From Candidatus Bathyarchaeia archaeon (GTDB lineage: Archaea > Thermoproteota > Bathyarchaeia > Bathyarchaeales > Bathycorpusculaceae), in assembly GCA_050010755.1 (NCBI GenBank), contig JBEKKK010000002.1, positions 64,001-128,000 of the forward strand: DNA of 64,000 nucleotides, given 5' to 3'. Under the pieces are notes generated by a model, which was given only the letters and a program-made list of their open reading frames with translations, was not told where the DNA came from and ran no database searches. Numbering within the stretch: position 1 is the stretch's first letter; every line of letters begins with the position of its first letter. Shown one piece after another: positions 10,294 through 19,602 of this stretch. Position numbers and translations under genes: made by a program.

Positions 10294-11640
10294 TTAGGCA
10301 CCCAAAATGTCCTCGATGTCTTGTTCTTTGATTACCCCAGTTATAGCGAAGAGCATCTCCAAGTCTTCCTTTGTTATATCTGGGTCCATAAAGTATCGTT
10401 TAAGAACGGATAGGAGCAGTTCAGCCCTCATCATGATTATGCTGCTAGCGCCAGAAGACACGCTTATCTTTCTGAGTTGCTTTTCCGAGACATCAAAGTC
10501 GCTTGAGATTATCATGAAGTAGATTTTTTCTATTCCCTCTTTCTTCAACTTTTTCTTGTTTTCATCTATATACTCGATTAAGGTTCTATCATCCACTGCA
10601 TGGAGCGAGAATTTATCCATCCTGCATTTGCAATCATAGATAATTGCATAGTGGTTTTCCTTATCTTTGGCTATCCCGTCAGGACCTCTTTTACCTCTCC
10701 CTAATTTCTCAACTTCAAACTTCATAAGTCTGAAAAGAAGGTAGACTTTATCTTCAAAAACGTCCTCAAGCTCCTTCCCAACATATCTTTTTTGGATTGT
10801 ATCGTCGTTTCTGGCTATCAAGGGCAAATCTGATATTACCGGTGGCAAGAAATCATCCGAAACAACAAGAGGGCCTTTCATTCCTTGCGGTTGTAAGACG
10901 ACTTTAGTTTTCAGTCTAACCTCAGCATTATAATAGTTCCATACGATGTGTTCGACGTCCCAAAAATTAGTCTTCCTGTTCAGGTTTTGTGCAAAAAGGT
11001 CTTTCAAACAGTTGTTCAGTTCAAAAAAAGATTCATAGTATAAATCCAATTGCTCGGTCTCTGTCAGAAAACCGAGATTCTTAAATGATATTTCCAATGA
11101 ATTGTAGAATATCGGAAACTTTTCTGGGTCTTGAATCTGCCAGAAGTAACTCAGGAAAAACAATGATGACTTAGTTTTCGGCGCCTTCCTTTTAGCCATG
11201 CCTTTGGACATCATCGAATGGTTGATATTCCCTACAAATCCGACAAATCTCGCTAGTTTTTCTTTAGCTTCTTTCAAATCCCTCGGAGCTTTCAAACAGT
11301 CTAGAAGTGTTTGGTGCAAACTCTGAAGAAGCCCGACTTCCTGTGAGCTGTTGTAGAGCATGTTGAAGAACATCATTCCATTCATGCCCTTGAATCCCCA
11401 TAACCTATTCCTTTTGTTTATGCTATCAATTTCCAGTTTGAACTTCTCAAGAGTGATCTTTTGATCAAAGAAGCTATTGAGAAGTGGCGCAATTCTGCCG
11501 ATAACCGTCAACCTCTTTTCGTCTAACTCTTTGCACGGAACTTGCACATCCAAGCTCGGTTCAAGACACCTCTCTCCATTCTTGGTGTAGCTTTCAAGCA
11601 GATTCAGTGCAACTTCACGTTCTCGAGAATTAAGGTTCAT
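10294..11640 (-). CDS. putative restriction endonuclease with C-terminal PD-(D/E)xK (FokI-cleavage/Mrr-like) domain
   Basis: FEDKV...PDGIAKD...IIYDCK catalytic pattern; helical N-terminal putative recognition domain (FLSYFWQIQDPEKFPIFY). Confidence 0.65.
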   Translation of the reverse strand: MNLNSREREVALNLLESYTKNGERCLEPSLDVQVPCKELDEKRLTVIGRIAPLLNSFFDQKITLEKFKLEIDSINKRNRLWGFKGMNGMMFFNMLYNSSQEVGLLQSLHQTLLDCLKAPRDLKEAKEKLARFVGFVGNINHSMMSKGMAKRKAPKTKSSLFFLSYFWQIQDPEKFPIFYNSLEISFKNLGFLTETEQLDLYYESFFELNNCLKDLFAQNLNRKTNFWDVEHIVWNYYNAEVRLKTKVVLQPQGMKGPLVVSDDFLPPVISDLPLIARNDDTIQKRYVGKELEDVFEDKVYLLFRLMKFEVEKLGRGKRGPDGIAKDKENHYAIIYDCKCRMDKFSLHAVDDRTLIEYIDENKKKLKKEGIEKIYFMIISSDFDVSEKQLRKISVSSGASSIIMMRAELLLSVLKRYFMDPDITKEDLEMLFAITGVIKEQDIEDILGA

Positions 11641-11827
11641 ACAATATAGGTATCTTGGAATCCTTAAAAGTCTTCATCGCATGAATACTAATGGAACATC
11701 AGCGCGCCATGAATGACAGTAAGGATCCTTCTAGTGTAAATTGAATGGACAAAACTGCCACTGATTCTTTAAAAGAGCTTACCTATTTCCACTTGCTACT
11801 GGATCCGCCTTGCAAAGAGACTGTTTA

Positions 11828-12721
11828 TCAAGGAGAAGTGTGGGTGTGAGTTAGGCTTTTGCTTATTTTTTCTACTTGAAAGCCTAGGCTTCGTAGGAGT
11901 GCATTCGAGGATGCGTTTTGTTCGGAGGTTCCTAGTATGACATGGTCCATTCCTTTTTTGTACAGGAAATTCATGGCTCTGGCCGTTAGGGCTGATGCGA
12001 GGTGTCTGTTGCGATATTCGGGAAGGGTCGCTGCTGGGCCTAGATAGCCTCTGTTGAGATGCAGATGTTTCATCGCGTCTGTGTCTGGTTTTGCCACGAC
12101 GGCTGACACGATTCTGCCGTTGATCTCGGCGATCTGCACCCACTCCTCATTAAACGGTGGATCTTCAACCATCCAGTTTTCCAGATCTCCGAGTTGCAGC
12201 CTTTTCCATCCAAAACCCCTGTTCATGGCCTCAACGAACTCTTCTTCCTCGTCGGCTCTCAGGCTTCGAAGCGTGGTGTCTTCGTCAACCTTGGGGACGG
12301 GTCTTAACCCGTCGAGTTTTGCCTTCATTCGCTGAAAGCCCGGCTGCAACGTGTACCCGCGTTTGATCCAATCGGCTATTCTAGGGCTTCCCTCATCAAT
12401 CATAATCATGACAGCGCCGGCTTTAGCACTCTTTTCAACAGCGTTCACGAGCATGTCCTCAACGATTCTCCGATTCTGCCCCTTGCCCGCAGCCATCCAA
12501 GTAACGTGCTCCGAATCCTCATGAGAGTGAGTCGCTATGAGGCCCAGCACCCTGCCATCCTCTTCCGCCACGAGAATCCTGAGACGGCGACTACGAATTT
12601 CGGAACAAACCCTCTCCTCATCGAACAGAATAAACTCAGAGTCATCCCTGTACTCATCATTCAACAAACTGACAACGGCGCGCAAATGCCTCTCAGCGAA
12701 TTCTACAATCTGGACGGTCAT
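11828..12721 (-). CDS. tandem GNAT family acetyltransferase
   Basis: ATLPEYRNRHLASAL acetyl-CoA binding motif, NASSNALLRSLGF. Confidence 0.85.
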   Translation of the reverse strand: MTVQIVEFAERHLRAVVSLLNDEYRDDSEFILFDEERVCSEIRSRRLRILVAEEDGRVLGLIATHSHEDSEHVTWMAAGKGQNRRIVEDMLVNAVEKSAKAGAVMIMIDEGSPRIADWIKRGYTLQPGFQRMKAKLDGLRPVPKVDEDTTLRSLRADEEEEFVEAMNRGFGWKRLQLGDLENWMVEDPPFNEEWVQIAEINGRIVSAVVAKPDTDAMKHLHLNRGYLGPAATLPEYRNRHLASALTARAMNFLYKKGMDHVILGTSEQNASSNALLRSLGFQVEKISKSLTHTHTSP

Positions 12722-13237
12722 ATTCCCTTCAGCAGAAGCAGAAACCGTCTATAAACTTTTTGTGAAGCGCACACTCTTGCTCTCCTATTCGCCCACATTC
12801 GACGCCGCTCTAACAGCAAACAGCGCGCGCAACACGGATTAATCAAAACTCGTTTTTATTCGTTTTATTCGTTTTTGTTTTTTTGTTTTCGGAGCGAACA
12901 TTCATTCGGATAATCGGAAGCATGGTTCGCGAGAAGTCGCGGATTCTGTCGTTGTTGGTGTAGTGTTGAGAACGAACGAAAGAAAAAGGGACTTTGAGCG
13001 CGTTAATCAAAACGCGTCTGTTCGTCGTCTTGTATGTCAAGTCGCATAGTCGGAAGTTCAAGTCCTTTAAGCGCGCGCTAGACACGAGACAAACAAGACG
13101 GAAGTGAAATCGTCAAAAACGGATGAACCCCGCAAGCGCGCAGTTGCATCTTGCGCGAGAAAAGCAGCCTATTGTCCTATGACTTTAGATGAATCTAATT
13201 AAGGTGTTACACAATAGTGCATATAGAAGGTTTAAGA

Positions 13238-13966
13238 ATGAGTGGCCCACAAACAAGCGGAAACAAACCAAATAAAATGGTTAGCAGGAAAGTCGTGTAC
13301 TCGTTAGGTTTAGCCTGCATAGTCTTGACTGCTCTCGTAGCCTATTTCGCGGTGACTAGCATTTCGCAAGACAGTTACACTAATCTTCAGAACCAAAACA
13401 AACAACTGCAAACGTGGCTATCGGGCAATGAAACCTTACTCAATCTGACACAAGCTGACAACGCAAACCTCGCAGAGCAGATAGCGAACCAAAACAACAC
13501 GATTTCCCAGTTAGAATCTAACATTGCCAGCCTAGAAAACCAAATTGCCAATGACAATGCAACCATCACAAGTCTGGAAAACAGCATTACCCCAAGCGTA
13601 TGGATCGCCTCGGTATCGAAATTCGAGGTTTGGTCGAGCACTTATCTTTATTTCGATTTCACAGTTAACGTAACAAACAACGGAACAGACACTGTGAACA
13701 ATATAACCGTAGTGATTGTACCTCACCCTCCTCCGAATGCCAGTTCTCCTTTAAACATCACCTTGGACTTTGGAACAATCGTTGCTGAGGCCAATGAAAC
13801 CAAACACACAGGAGAATTCGTAGACGACGTTGTGGGTGGCGCAGCTCTCATAAACTCTGCAGTTTTGACTCTCTATGTTGCAAACATTCCCATCAATCAA
13901 CAAACTCTGCAGGGTTTTATCGAACCGCAATATACTGAGAACAGACAAACCTGGGTCTTTTCATAA
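13238..13966 (+). CDS. membrane-anchored coiled-coil protein with C-terminal Ig/CARDB-like domain
   Basis: N-terminal hydrophobic helix, N/Q-rich heptads, FTVNVTNNG beta-sandwich motif, many NxS/T sequons. Confidence 0.7.
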   Translation: MSGPQTSGNKPNKMVSRKVVYSLGLACIVLTALVAYFAVTSISQDSYTNLQNQNKQLQTWLSGNETLLNLTQADNANLAEQIANQNNTISQLESNIASLENQIANDNATITSLENSITPSVWIASVSKFEVWSSTYLYFDFTVNVTNNGTDTVNNITVVIVPHPPPNASSPLNITLDFGTIVAEANETKHTGEFVDDVVGGAALINSAVLTLYVANIPINQQTLQGFIEPQYTENRQTWVFS

Positions 13967-13975
13967 TAGCGCGCT

Positions 13976-15074
13976 GGCTTGTCCCTAAATTGAGTTAATG
14001 TTTAATTTGGGAAGTGGGGTCTCGTATTTTGTGTTACGTCCAAGCACAGGAGGTGAATCCTTTAGCTGGACAAGATGAACACGAGACCCTAGAAACCCTC
14101 TTCAAAAACATAGACTTAAGCTTTGCTAGGAATGTCTTGCGCGGATGCTTTCACGCTTCCGGTGCGGGCAGGCCTCCTAGGAACCCATTGGGGCTCTTCA
14201 GAACCTTCATCGTCATGCGAATGAAAGGCGTTCGCAGTCTAAGAGAAATGACCCGCCTACTCGACACGGACCTGCGGCTCAGAAGACTGTGCCTCATCAA
14301 ACCAGGCGAAGCAGGCTATCCCAGAAGCGTTCTGAGCAGGTTCATTCGCAAAGTCGGAGAAGACAACCTCACCAAGATAATCGAGGAGAAAGTAGTCAAA
14401 CTCTTGAAACGGAACAACGCAAAAGACGTTGACGCCGTGTTTGACGCTTCCTTCATCAAGGCCTGGAGCACACGCCACCCACTGGACAACCAGAGAGGCC
14501 TTTCTGATGGTGATGCAAGGGTTGGAAGAGCAGGCAGAACCTTCGGACTCGGTTACAAGCTGCACCTTTCCATCGACTCCAAGAGCATGCTTCCTCTAAC
14601 GAACGTTTTTGCCTCGGCAAACCAGAACGAGAAGAAACACTCGCTGAACATACTGGAGAAGACGAAGACTATTCTAAAGCGGTCTGCAGCCAAATTGAGA
14701 AGCGTGATAGCTGACAGCCAATACAGCGACGGCAAACTCAGAAACGCCGTCGACGCGACAGTGATTCCTTACCCGGCAAACCAGAAACGCGGCGTAAGAG
14801 ACATACTCAGGGTGGACAAGAAGTTTCGAACCTACGGGCCTGAAGACCAGAAGAATGAGTATCATAAGAGGCCTCATATAGAGGCGGTCTACAGCTTCCT
14901 GAAGAACCAGTACAGCCTATCCATAAACAAAGTCAGAGGAGTAAGAAACGTGGCTTCCTACGCGCTCTACAGCCTACTGTGCCTGGTTCTGAACAGAGAA
15001 GCAGCAGAAAACACAGGAAGACCAGACAAAGCAGTCTCACCAACATACTTCAACACATAATAAAGGGACAAGGC
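13976..15074 (+). mobile_element. insertion sequence (IS4/IS5-superfamily DDE), about 1.1 kb
   Basis: IRL GGCTTGTCCCTAAATT 13976-13991, IRR AATAAAGGGACAAGGC 15059-15074 (13/16 match); flanks AGCGCGCT and AGCGCGCG resemble an 8-bp target duplication. Confidence 0.85.
14014..15060 (+). CDS. DDE transposase (DUF772 + DDE_Tnp_1-like)
   Basis: GRPP N-terminus, FDASFI (D), GYKLHL, IADSQY (D), YHKRPHIEAVYSFLK (YREK/E). Confidence 0.9.
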   Translation: MGSRILCYVQAQEVNPLAGQDEHETLETLFKNIDLSFARNVLRGCFHASGAGRPPRNPLGLFRTFIVMRMKGVRSLREMTRLLDTDLRLRRLCLIKPGEAGYPRSVLSRFIRKVGEDNLTKIIEEKVVKLLKRNNAKDVDAVFDASFIKAWSTRHPLDNQRGLSDGDARVGRAGRTFGLGYKLHLSIDSKSMLPLTNVFASANQNEKKHSLNILEKTKTILKRSAAKLRSVIADSQYSDGKLRNAVDATVIPYPANQKRGVRDILRVDKKFRTYGPEDQKNEYHKRPHIEAVYSFLKNQYSLSINKVRGVRNVASYALYSLLCLVLNREAAENTGRPDKAVSPTYFNT

Positions 15075-15126
15075 AGCGCGCGATTTATAAGTGCGCTCTG
15101 ATTCTGTTCGGGAGCCTTGAGGGGAA

Positions 15127-15843
15127 TTGGAATTGACGGATCAGAAGTCACGCGGGATTTATCGCAATATCAGCGCGACAAGAATGGTAGCCTCAACACT
15201 CGGTGTTTTCGGCGGACTCATGAGTATGGAACACGGTTTTTTTGAAACACTTCAGGGTAATCACTCACCAAACAGCATAATCATAGACGCTATCGGTAAC
15301 CAAGCAAACAGCGCCTTTCAGGGCAGTGAACCTGCCTTAACGATCATACCCAACTTCTTAGTAACTGGCATACTTGCGATGATTGTCAGCCCTATAGTCA
15401 TAGTATGGGCGGCCAAGTTTATCCAAAGGAAGAACGGCGTATTCTTCCTGATTCTTCTCTCAACCATCCTTTTTCTGTTTGGAGGAGGACTTGCACCTCT
15501 ATTAATTCTTGTTATCGCAAGTGCAGTCGCCACCAGGATAAACAAGCCGTTAACGTTTTGGCGCGTGCATCTCTCAGGCAACGCAGGTCGCTTCTTGGCA
15601 AAGTTGTGGCCTTATCCATTCATCGTCGTGTTCTTGCCGTCTTTAATCAACGTTCAAAATGCAATTTTTGGGAATTTCTTCGGTTTGAACATTCCGAATT
15701 TTTCAGCAATTCTTTTTCTCTTCATTTTTGGGCTACTTCTGCTAAGTGTTGTCAGTGGATTTGCGTATGATATCCAAAAAAAGACCGATTCACATCAGAC
15801 ACCTTCAAAGACCCAGCAAACAAGCCGCACGCGCCCTAATTAA
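15127..15843 (+). CDS. multi-pass membrane protein of unknown function (passenger between IS ends)
   Basis: About 6 hydrophobic helices; MEHGFFETLQGN and EPALTIIPNFL segments. Confidence 0.75.
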   Translation: MELTDQKSRGIYRNISATRMVASTLGVFGGLMSMEHGFFETLQGNHSPNSIIIDAIGNQANSAFQGSEPALTIIPNFLVTGILAMIVSPIVIVWAAKFIQRKNGVFFLILLSTILFLFGGGLAPLLILVIASAVATRINKPLTFWRVHLSGNAGRFLAKLWPYPFIVVFLPSLINVQNAIFGNFFGLNIPNFSAILFLFIFGLLLLSVVSGFAYDIQKKTDSHQTPSKTQQTSRTRPN

Positions 15844-15857
15844 TTTAGGGACAAGCC
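15842..15857 (-). mobile_element. solo inverted copy of the IS left terminal repeat
   Basis: AATTTAGGGACAAGCC is the exact reverse complement of 13976-13991 and is followed by AGCGCGCT. Confidence 0.85.
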
Positions 15858-15863
15858 AGCGCG

Positions 15864-16217
15864 CTATTGCATAAGGCTGCTCACCCAAGCCCAAGCTATG
15901 AGACTCAGGAGGATACCCCAAATAATCCCAAAAATAAGCAAGTTTTTAGCCATATCCTTGTCTCTGTCTTTCGTTCCGACATATCCAATCAGCCCCCCAA
16001 TAATTCCGAAAAAGAACGGTACCAGATACCATAATGACGACGGCGCGTCAACACCGTAGTATTCCTCAGTTTCTTGAAGTTCTGAAGGATTATAAGTGCG
16101 CGCGTTAACATTTATTCTGCGAGCTCCGCAATATGGACATGCTACCCATGTTGACTCGATCACTTTCTTGCATTGAAGGCAAACTGTGGTAGGAGTTGTC
16201 CCTTCCCTCTCTGACAT
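15864..16217 (-). CDS. zinc-ribbon domain membrane protein
   Basis: CLQC...CPYCG followed by two TM helices; start moved to ATG 16217. Confidence 0.8.
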   Translation of the reverse strand: MSEREGTTPTTVCLQCKKVIESTWVACPYCGARRINVNARTYNPSELQETEEYYGVDAPSSLWYLVPFFFGIIGGLIGYVGTKDRDKDMAKNLLIFGIIWGILLSLIAWAWVSSLMQ

Positions 16218-16420
16218 CTCTATTCCATGATCATTACTGAAGTAGCACCTTAAAAAGACTAATCCTACGAGCACTCTCCATGCGCGCGCGAACCAAACAC
16301 CTCCAAAAACACAATAGTCTGAGATCCAATTAGCGCGTGCGCTAAGGGCAACCCACGAATATCCTCTTGGGCGAAATCATTAATTAGTCGGCAAGCAAAT
16401 CATGGAGTTGTGAGTCACGA

Positions 16421-16813
16421 TTGTCGATTAGTAAGAATGGAATCATGCAGGTGCAAAGTGGGCATTCTTTTGCAGAAACATTCGAACGACTAAAGTCCAT
16501 TGCAGTGTCCCACGGACTCACAATTTTCGCCACAATAGATTTCAGCGAAGACGCCGAACGAGCAGGTTTGAAAATGAATCCCACACGACTGCTTATCTTC
16601 GGCAACCCAAAAGCAGGCACTCCACTGATGATCTCCTCACCAACCGTTGCCATCGATTTTCCGCTAAAAGCCCTCGTCTCCGAAGATGAAAACCGGAAAG
16701 TTACAATATCCTACAACTCGCCGCAGTACCTAGAGGCGCGCCACAACATTCCAGATGAACTATTAAAAAACATCTCAGGCATAGTGTCAATCGTAGAATC
16801 TGCAGCTAAATAG
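16421..16813 (+). CDS. DUF302 family protein
   Basis: IFATID...LLIFGNPKAGTPLM...AIDFPLK signature. Confidence 0.85.
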   Translation: MSISKNGIMQVQSGHSFAETFERLKSIAVSHGLTIFATIDFSEDAERAGLKMNPTRLLIFGNPKAGTPLMISSPTVAIDFPLKALVSEDENRKVTISYNSPQYLEARHNIPDELLKNISGIVSIVESAAK

Positions 16814-16871
16814 CATAAACATTTTGCTTAGACAGAGCTTAGTTTGGTTCTGAGACCGCGCGCCCTTTTTG

Positions 16872-17570
16872 TCAGGGGTCGCGGAGAATGTGCTTAACCT
16901 TGATTTGGTAATTTTTTAGGAACAGTTCCATCGGGAATGGCTTGCCGTGCCCGGGGTAGACAGTAGTTACTTTTAGATATCTCAGTTTTTCGATGCTGGC
17001 CTCAAATCCTGCCTTATCGAAAATACCAAAACCAGGAGCTGGTTTCCCCCCGTTCCTCAGCAGGTCGCCGCAGAACAAATCGCCGCTGGCGGTCAGGATG
17101 CCTATGGAACCGTTGGAGTGCCCCGGTATATGAAGGACTCGGGCGTCGAAACCGTACTCCTGCAGATCATTTCCATCCTCAAGAAATACATCTGGCCTGA
17201 ACCTATCGGATTTCTTGAGCTTGTAGAAACGTAGTAGCGTTCTGACCATGATTCCTTTGAAGTTACGCCCGATTTTCTTGTTAAGAACCGGGTTTCCACT
17301 TTCAACCGCATCCAATTCGCCGCGGTTCATGGCTATGCTAGTGCCATACTTCTCTCGGAGATACGCGCAATTGCCCACATGGTCAGAATCTCCATGAGTC
17401 ACGAAGATGAGCTTCAAATTTCCAGGCTTGCAGCCCGCGCTTTCAAGTTCTTTTTCAATTTCGAAGCGATTCTTTGAAAATCCAGTGTCAATCAGGATAA
17501 ATCCGCTGTTAACTCTAACAAGATAACAATTTACGCCGCTGAAACTGATGGATCTTATTTCTTGAATCAC
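16872..17570 (-). CDS. metallo-beta-lactamase fold hydrolase
   Basis: THGDSDHVG, PGHSNGS, FCGDL, PGHG motifs. Confidence 0.9.
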   Translation of the reverse strand: MIQEIRSISFSGVNCYLVRVNSGFILIDTGFSKNRFEIEKELESAGCKPGNLKLIFVTHGDSDHVGNCAYLREKYGTSIAMNRGELDAVESGNPVLNKKIGRNFKGIMVRTLLRFYKLKKSDRFRPDVFLEDGNDLQEYGFDARVLHIPGHSNGSIGILTASGDLFCGDLLRNGGKPAPGFGIFDKAGFEASIEKLRYLKVTTVYPGHGKPFPMELFLKNYQIKVKHILRDP

Positions 17571-17618
17571 GGTTTTCCTCTTTCACTGTGTATTTTGTAC
17601 GGTATTAGTCTCTCCGAA

Positions 17619-18326
17619 CTAAAGCCTCGCGCGCGCTAGCGCGTAAGGCCGATCGTGCATTTTGGCTTCGGCATTGTTTTCTTTTGCCTCCTTGTTCCAG
17701 CCTCGACCGCCGAATAGACGCGTCATACTCTTCGCCAGAAAAAGCGGGAGGAAGAGGGCGGAAGCCAGGTCTTCAGCTTCTTCTGACATGGGCTGGCCTT
17801 CTGAAAGGTTGACGGAAGCTAACGAAAGACCTCTCGTGAGTTTCCTGGTCATTCCCTTCTTCTCATCCAACGGTTCGCTATTTAGGGCCATACCCGAGCC
17901 GACGCGGATTCCGCCTCCCCATTCAAGATTTGACTCTTGAGCAAAGTTGCGGATGATTTTGAGGGCGATGTCCATGTGTTCCTTTTCTGGGAAGCCGCTG
18001 TTCATGACGGCAACTAACATCTGCGTTTTCGTTGGAGACACAGCCTTTCGATGTTCATGAATCAGTTCCAAGACTCTGATAGTTGAAGAGGGCAAGCTGT
18101 CAACGTACAGTGGAGTGGCAAGGATTATCACGTCAGCGTTATCAACGGAACCCAACAGTTTCTCAGTGCCTTCACACGTTTTCACTAAGCGAGTGGCAAA
18201 CGCCTCTTCAACTACTAGACTCTTTTCCTCCAGTTTGTCTGCCAGAAATTTTCCGATTACATGAGAGTTGCTTCTTTCGCATCTCGGGCTTGCCGTCAGA
18301 AGCAGGACGTTTCTAGGCTGGCTCAT
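17619..18326 (-). CDS. flavodoxin-like NAD(P)H-dependent oxidoreductase
   Basis: ASPRCERSNS, ATPLYVDSLP, NSGFPE motifs. Confidence 0.8.
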   Translation of the reverse strand: MSQPRNVLLLTASPRCERSNSHVIGKFLADKLEEKSLVVEEAFATRLVKTCEGTEKLLGSVDNADVIILATPLYVDSLPSSTIRVLELIHEHRKAVSPTKTQMLVAVMNSGFPEKEHMDIALKIIRNFAQESNLEWGGGIRVGSGMALNSEPLDEKKGMTRKLTRGLSLASVNLSEGQPMSEEAEDLASALFLPLFLAKSMTRLFGGRGWNKEAKENNAEAKMHDRPYALARARL

Positions 18327-18895
18327 GATATTACCTCCACCTTCTTCAGTTGTTCCTCAACGAAGGCGGGTATCTTTTCCGCATTTTCACCACGCTGAAA
18401 CACGCTCGCAGAATAGGCAGGAGGCCGAAAATTGAGCCTGTTCCGTTCGACTAGCGCTACAAACGTTTCTTCATAATCCATGCCCGATTCTTGCACTCCG
18501 ATGACTAGGAGTCTCGGATATTTCTTGTAGCGCATCTTGTGATGAATTTGCCCGTGATATGTTTGGAAATATGGCAACAAGATCGGTATGATGCGATCAA
18601 GTGCCTTCTTCAGTTCAGAGGAGTATCCGCCGAAGGTAACTGGGGTCAGCCACACCATCAGATCGCTCTGGATGGCTTTTCCAGTCGTTTCCCTCCCATA
18701 GTCATCGATCACGCAGGTTCCCGGAGTCTTGACCCAACAGCCGAAACAGCCTACGCAAGGAGCGATCTGCATGTTGCGCAGTTCGATGGGCTCAACGTTC
18801 CAGCCCTCTTCGATCAACTGATCGGCAATGTTTTTTTCTATTGCGTTAATTGTCAGATCGCCTTCTTTGGCTCCGTTAAAGATTACGGCTTTCAT
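18323..18895 (-). CDS. flavodoxin / iron-sulfur flavoprotein family protein
   Basis: CVGCFGCWVKTPGTC Cys cluster, TPVTFGGYSSELKKALDR. Confidence 0.85.
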   Translation of the reverse strand: MKAVIFNGAKEGDLTINAIEKNIADQLIEEGWNVEPIELRNMQIAPCVGCFGCWVKTPGTCVIDDYGRETTGKAIQSDLMVWLTPVTFGGYSSELKKALDRIIPILLPYFQTYHGQIHHKMRYKKYPRLLVIGVQESGMDYEETFVALVERNRLNFRPPAYSASVFQRGENAEKIPAFVEEQLKKVEVIS

Positions 18896-19563
18896 TTTTT
18901 TGGCCCTCCTATCTTGGTTTGAGTGTTCTCTAGCGAACGGCGCAACGCTTGCAGCGTGAACTTCATTGTGGCGTCTTTGTCTACACCTGCCTGTCTCAGA
19001 AGCATCTCGAAAGCTGGTGGAAGCAGTATCATGGCTCTGGTCGACTGAGCGAGGAAAATCGATGTCTGTATCGAATTCACGTCGGGTTTTATGGAGCCGT
19101 CCTTTATGCCCTTGATCACGGCGTTTAGTAATATTTCGAGGTTTTCGTAGTTTACTTTCATCAATTCCGCTGCGTTTGGGTCGTCGCTGGTTGCAACGGG
19201 CAGGCTTTCTGCTTCTTCAAACATGCGAAAATAGTGCGGTTGGCGCTTGTAGAACTCATAATAGGCTTCGCCTATTGCAAAGGCTTTTTCCAATCCGCTC
19301 CGGCTTCGGCCTGCTGCGTCCTTAAACATCGCGTTCATTGTGTGAACCCCTCTTAGAGCGACGGCTGAGTACAAGGCTTCTTTGCTCTTGAAGTACAGGT
19401 ATACTGTGCCCTTCGCAAGCTGGGACTTCTTCGCAATTTCCTCAATGGTTATTTCGTCATAACGTTTAGAGAAGAAAAGCGTCTGGGCAGCATCTACAAT
19501 GAGCTTGCGGCGTTGCTCTTTCTCCCTTTCTTTCCTTTTGCGGGTTGACATTGTGACCGACAT
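18892..19563 (-). CDS. TetR/AcrR family transcriptional regulator
   Basis: TIEEIAKKSQLAKGTVYLYFKSKEAL helix-turn-helix. Confidence 0.92.
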   Translation of the reverse strand: MSVTMSTRKRKEREKEQRRKLIVDAAQTLFFSKRYDEITIEEIAKKSQLAKGTVYLYFKSKEALYSAVALRGVHTMNAMFKDAAGRSRSGLEKAFAIGEAYYEFYKRQPHYFRMFEEAESLPVATSDDPNAAELMKVNYENLEILLNAVIKGIKDGSIKPDVNSIQTSIFLAQSTRAMILLPPAFEMLLRQAGVDKDATMKFTLQALRRSLENTQTKIGGPKK

Positions 19564-19567
19564 CCAT

Positions 19568-19602
19568 TAATTGACTAACAGTCAATTACTGACCAACAGT
19601 CA
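19568..19602. promoter_or_regulatory. two tandem TGAC-N5-GTCA palindromic operators (probable TetR autoregulation)
   Basis: TAATTGACT-AAC-AGTCAATTA (9-bp arms, 19568-19588) and TGAC-CAACA-GTCA (19590-19602) between a TATA-like box (about 19611-19618) and the tetR ATG. Confidence 0.7.
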
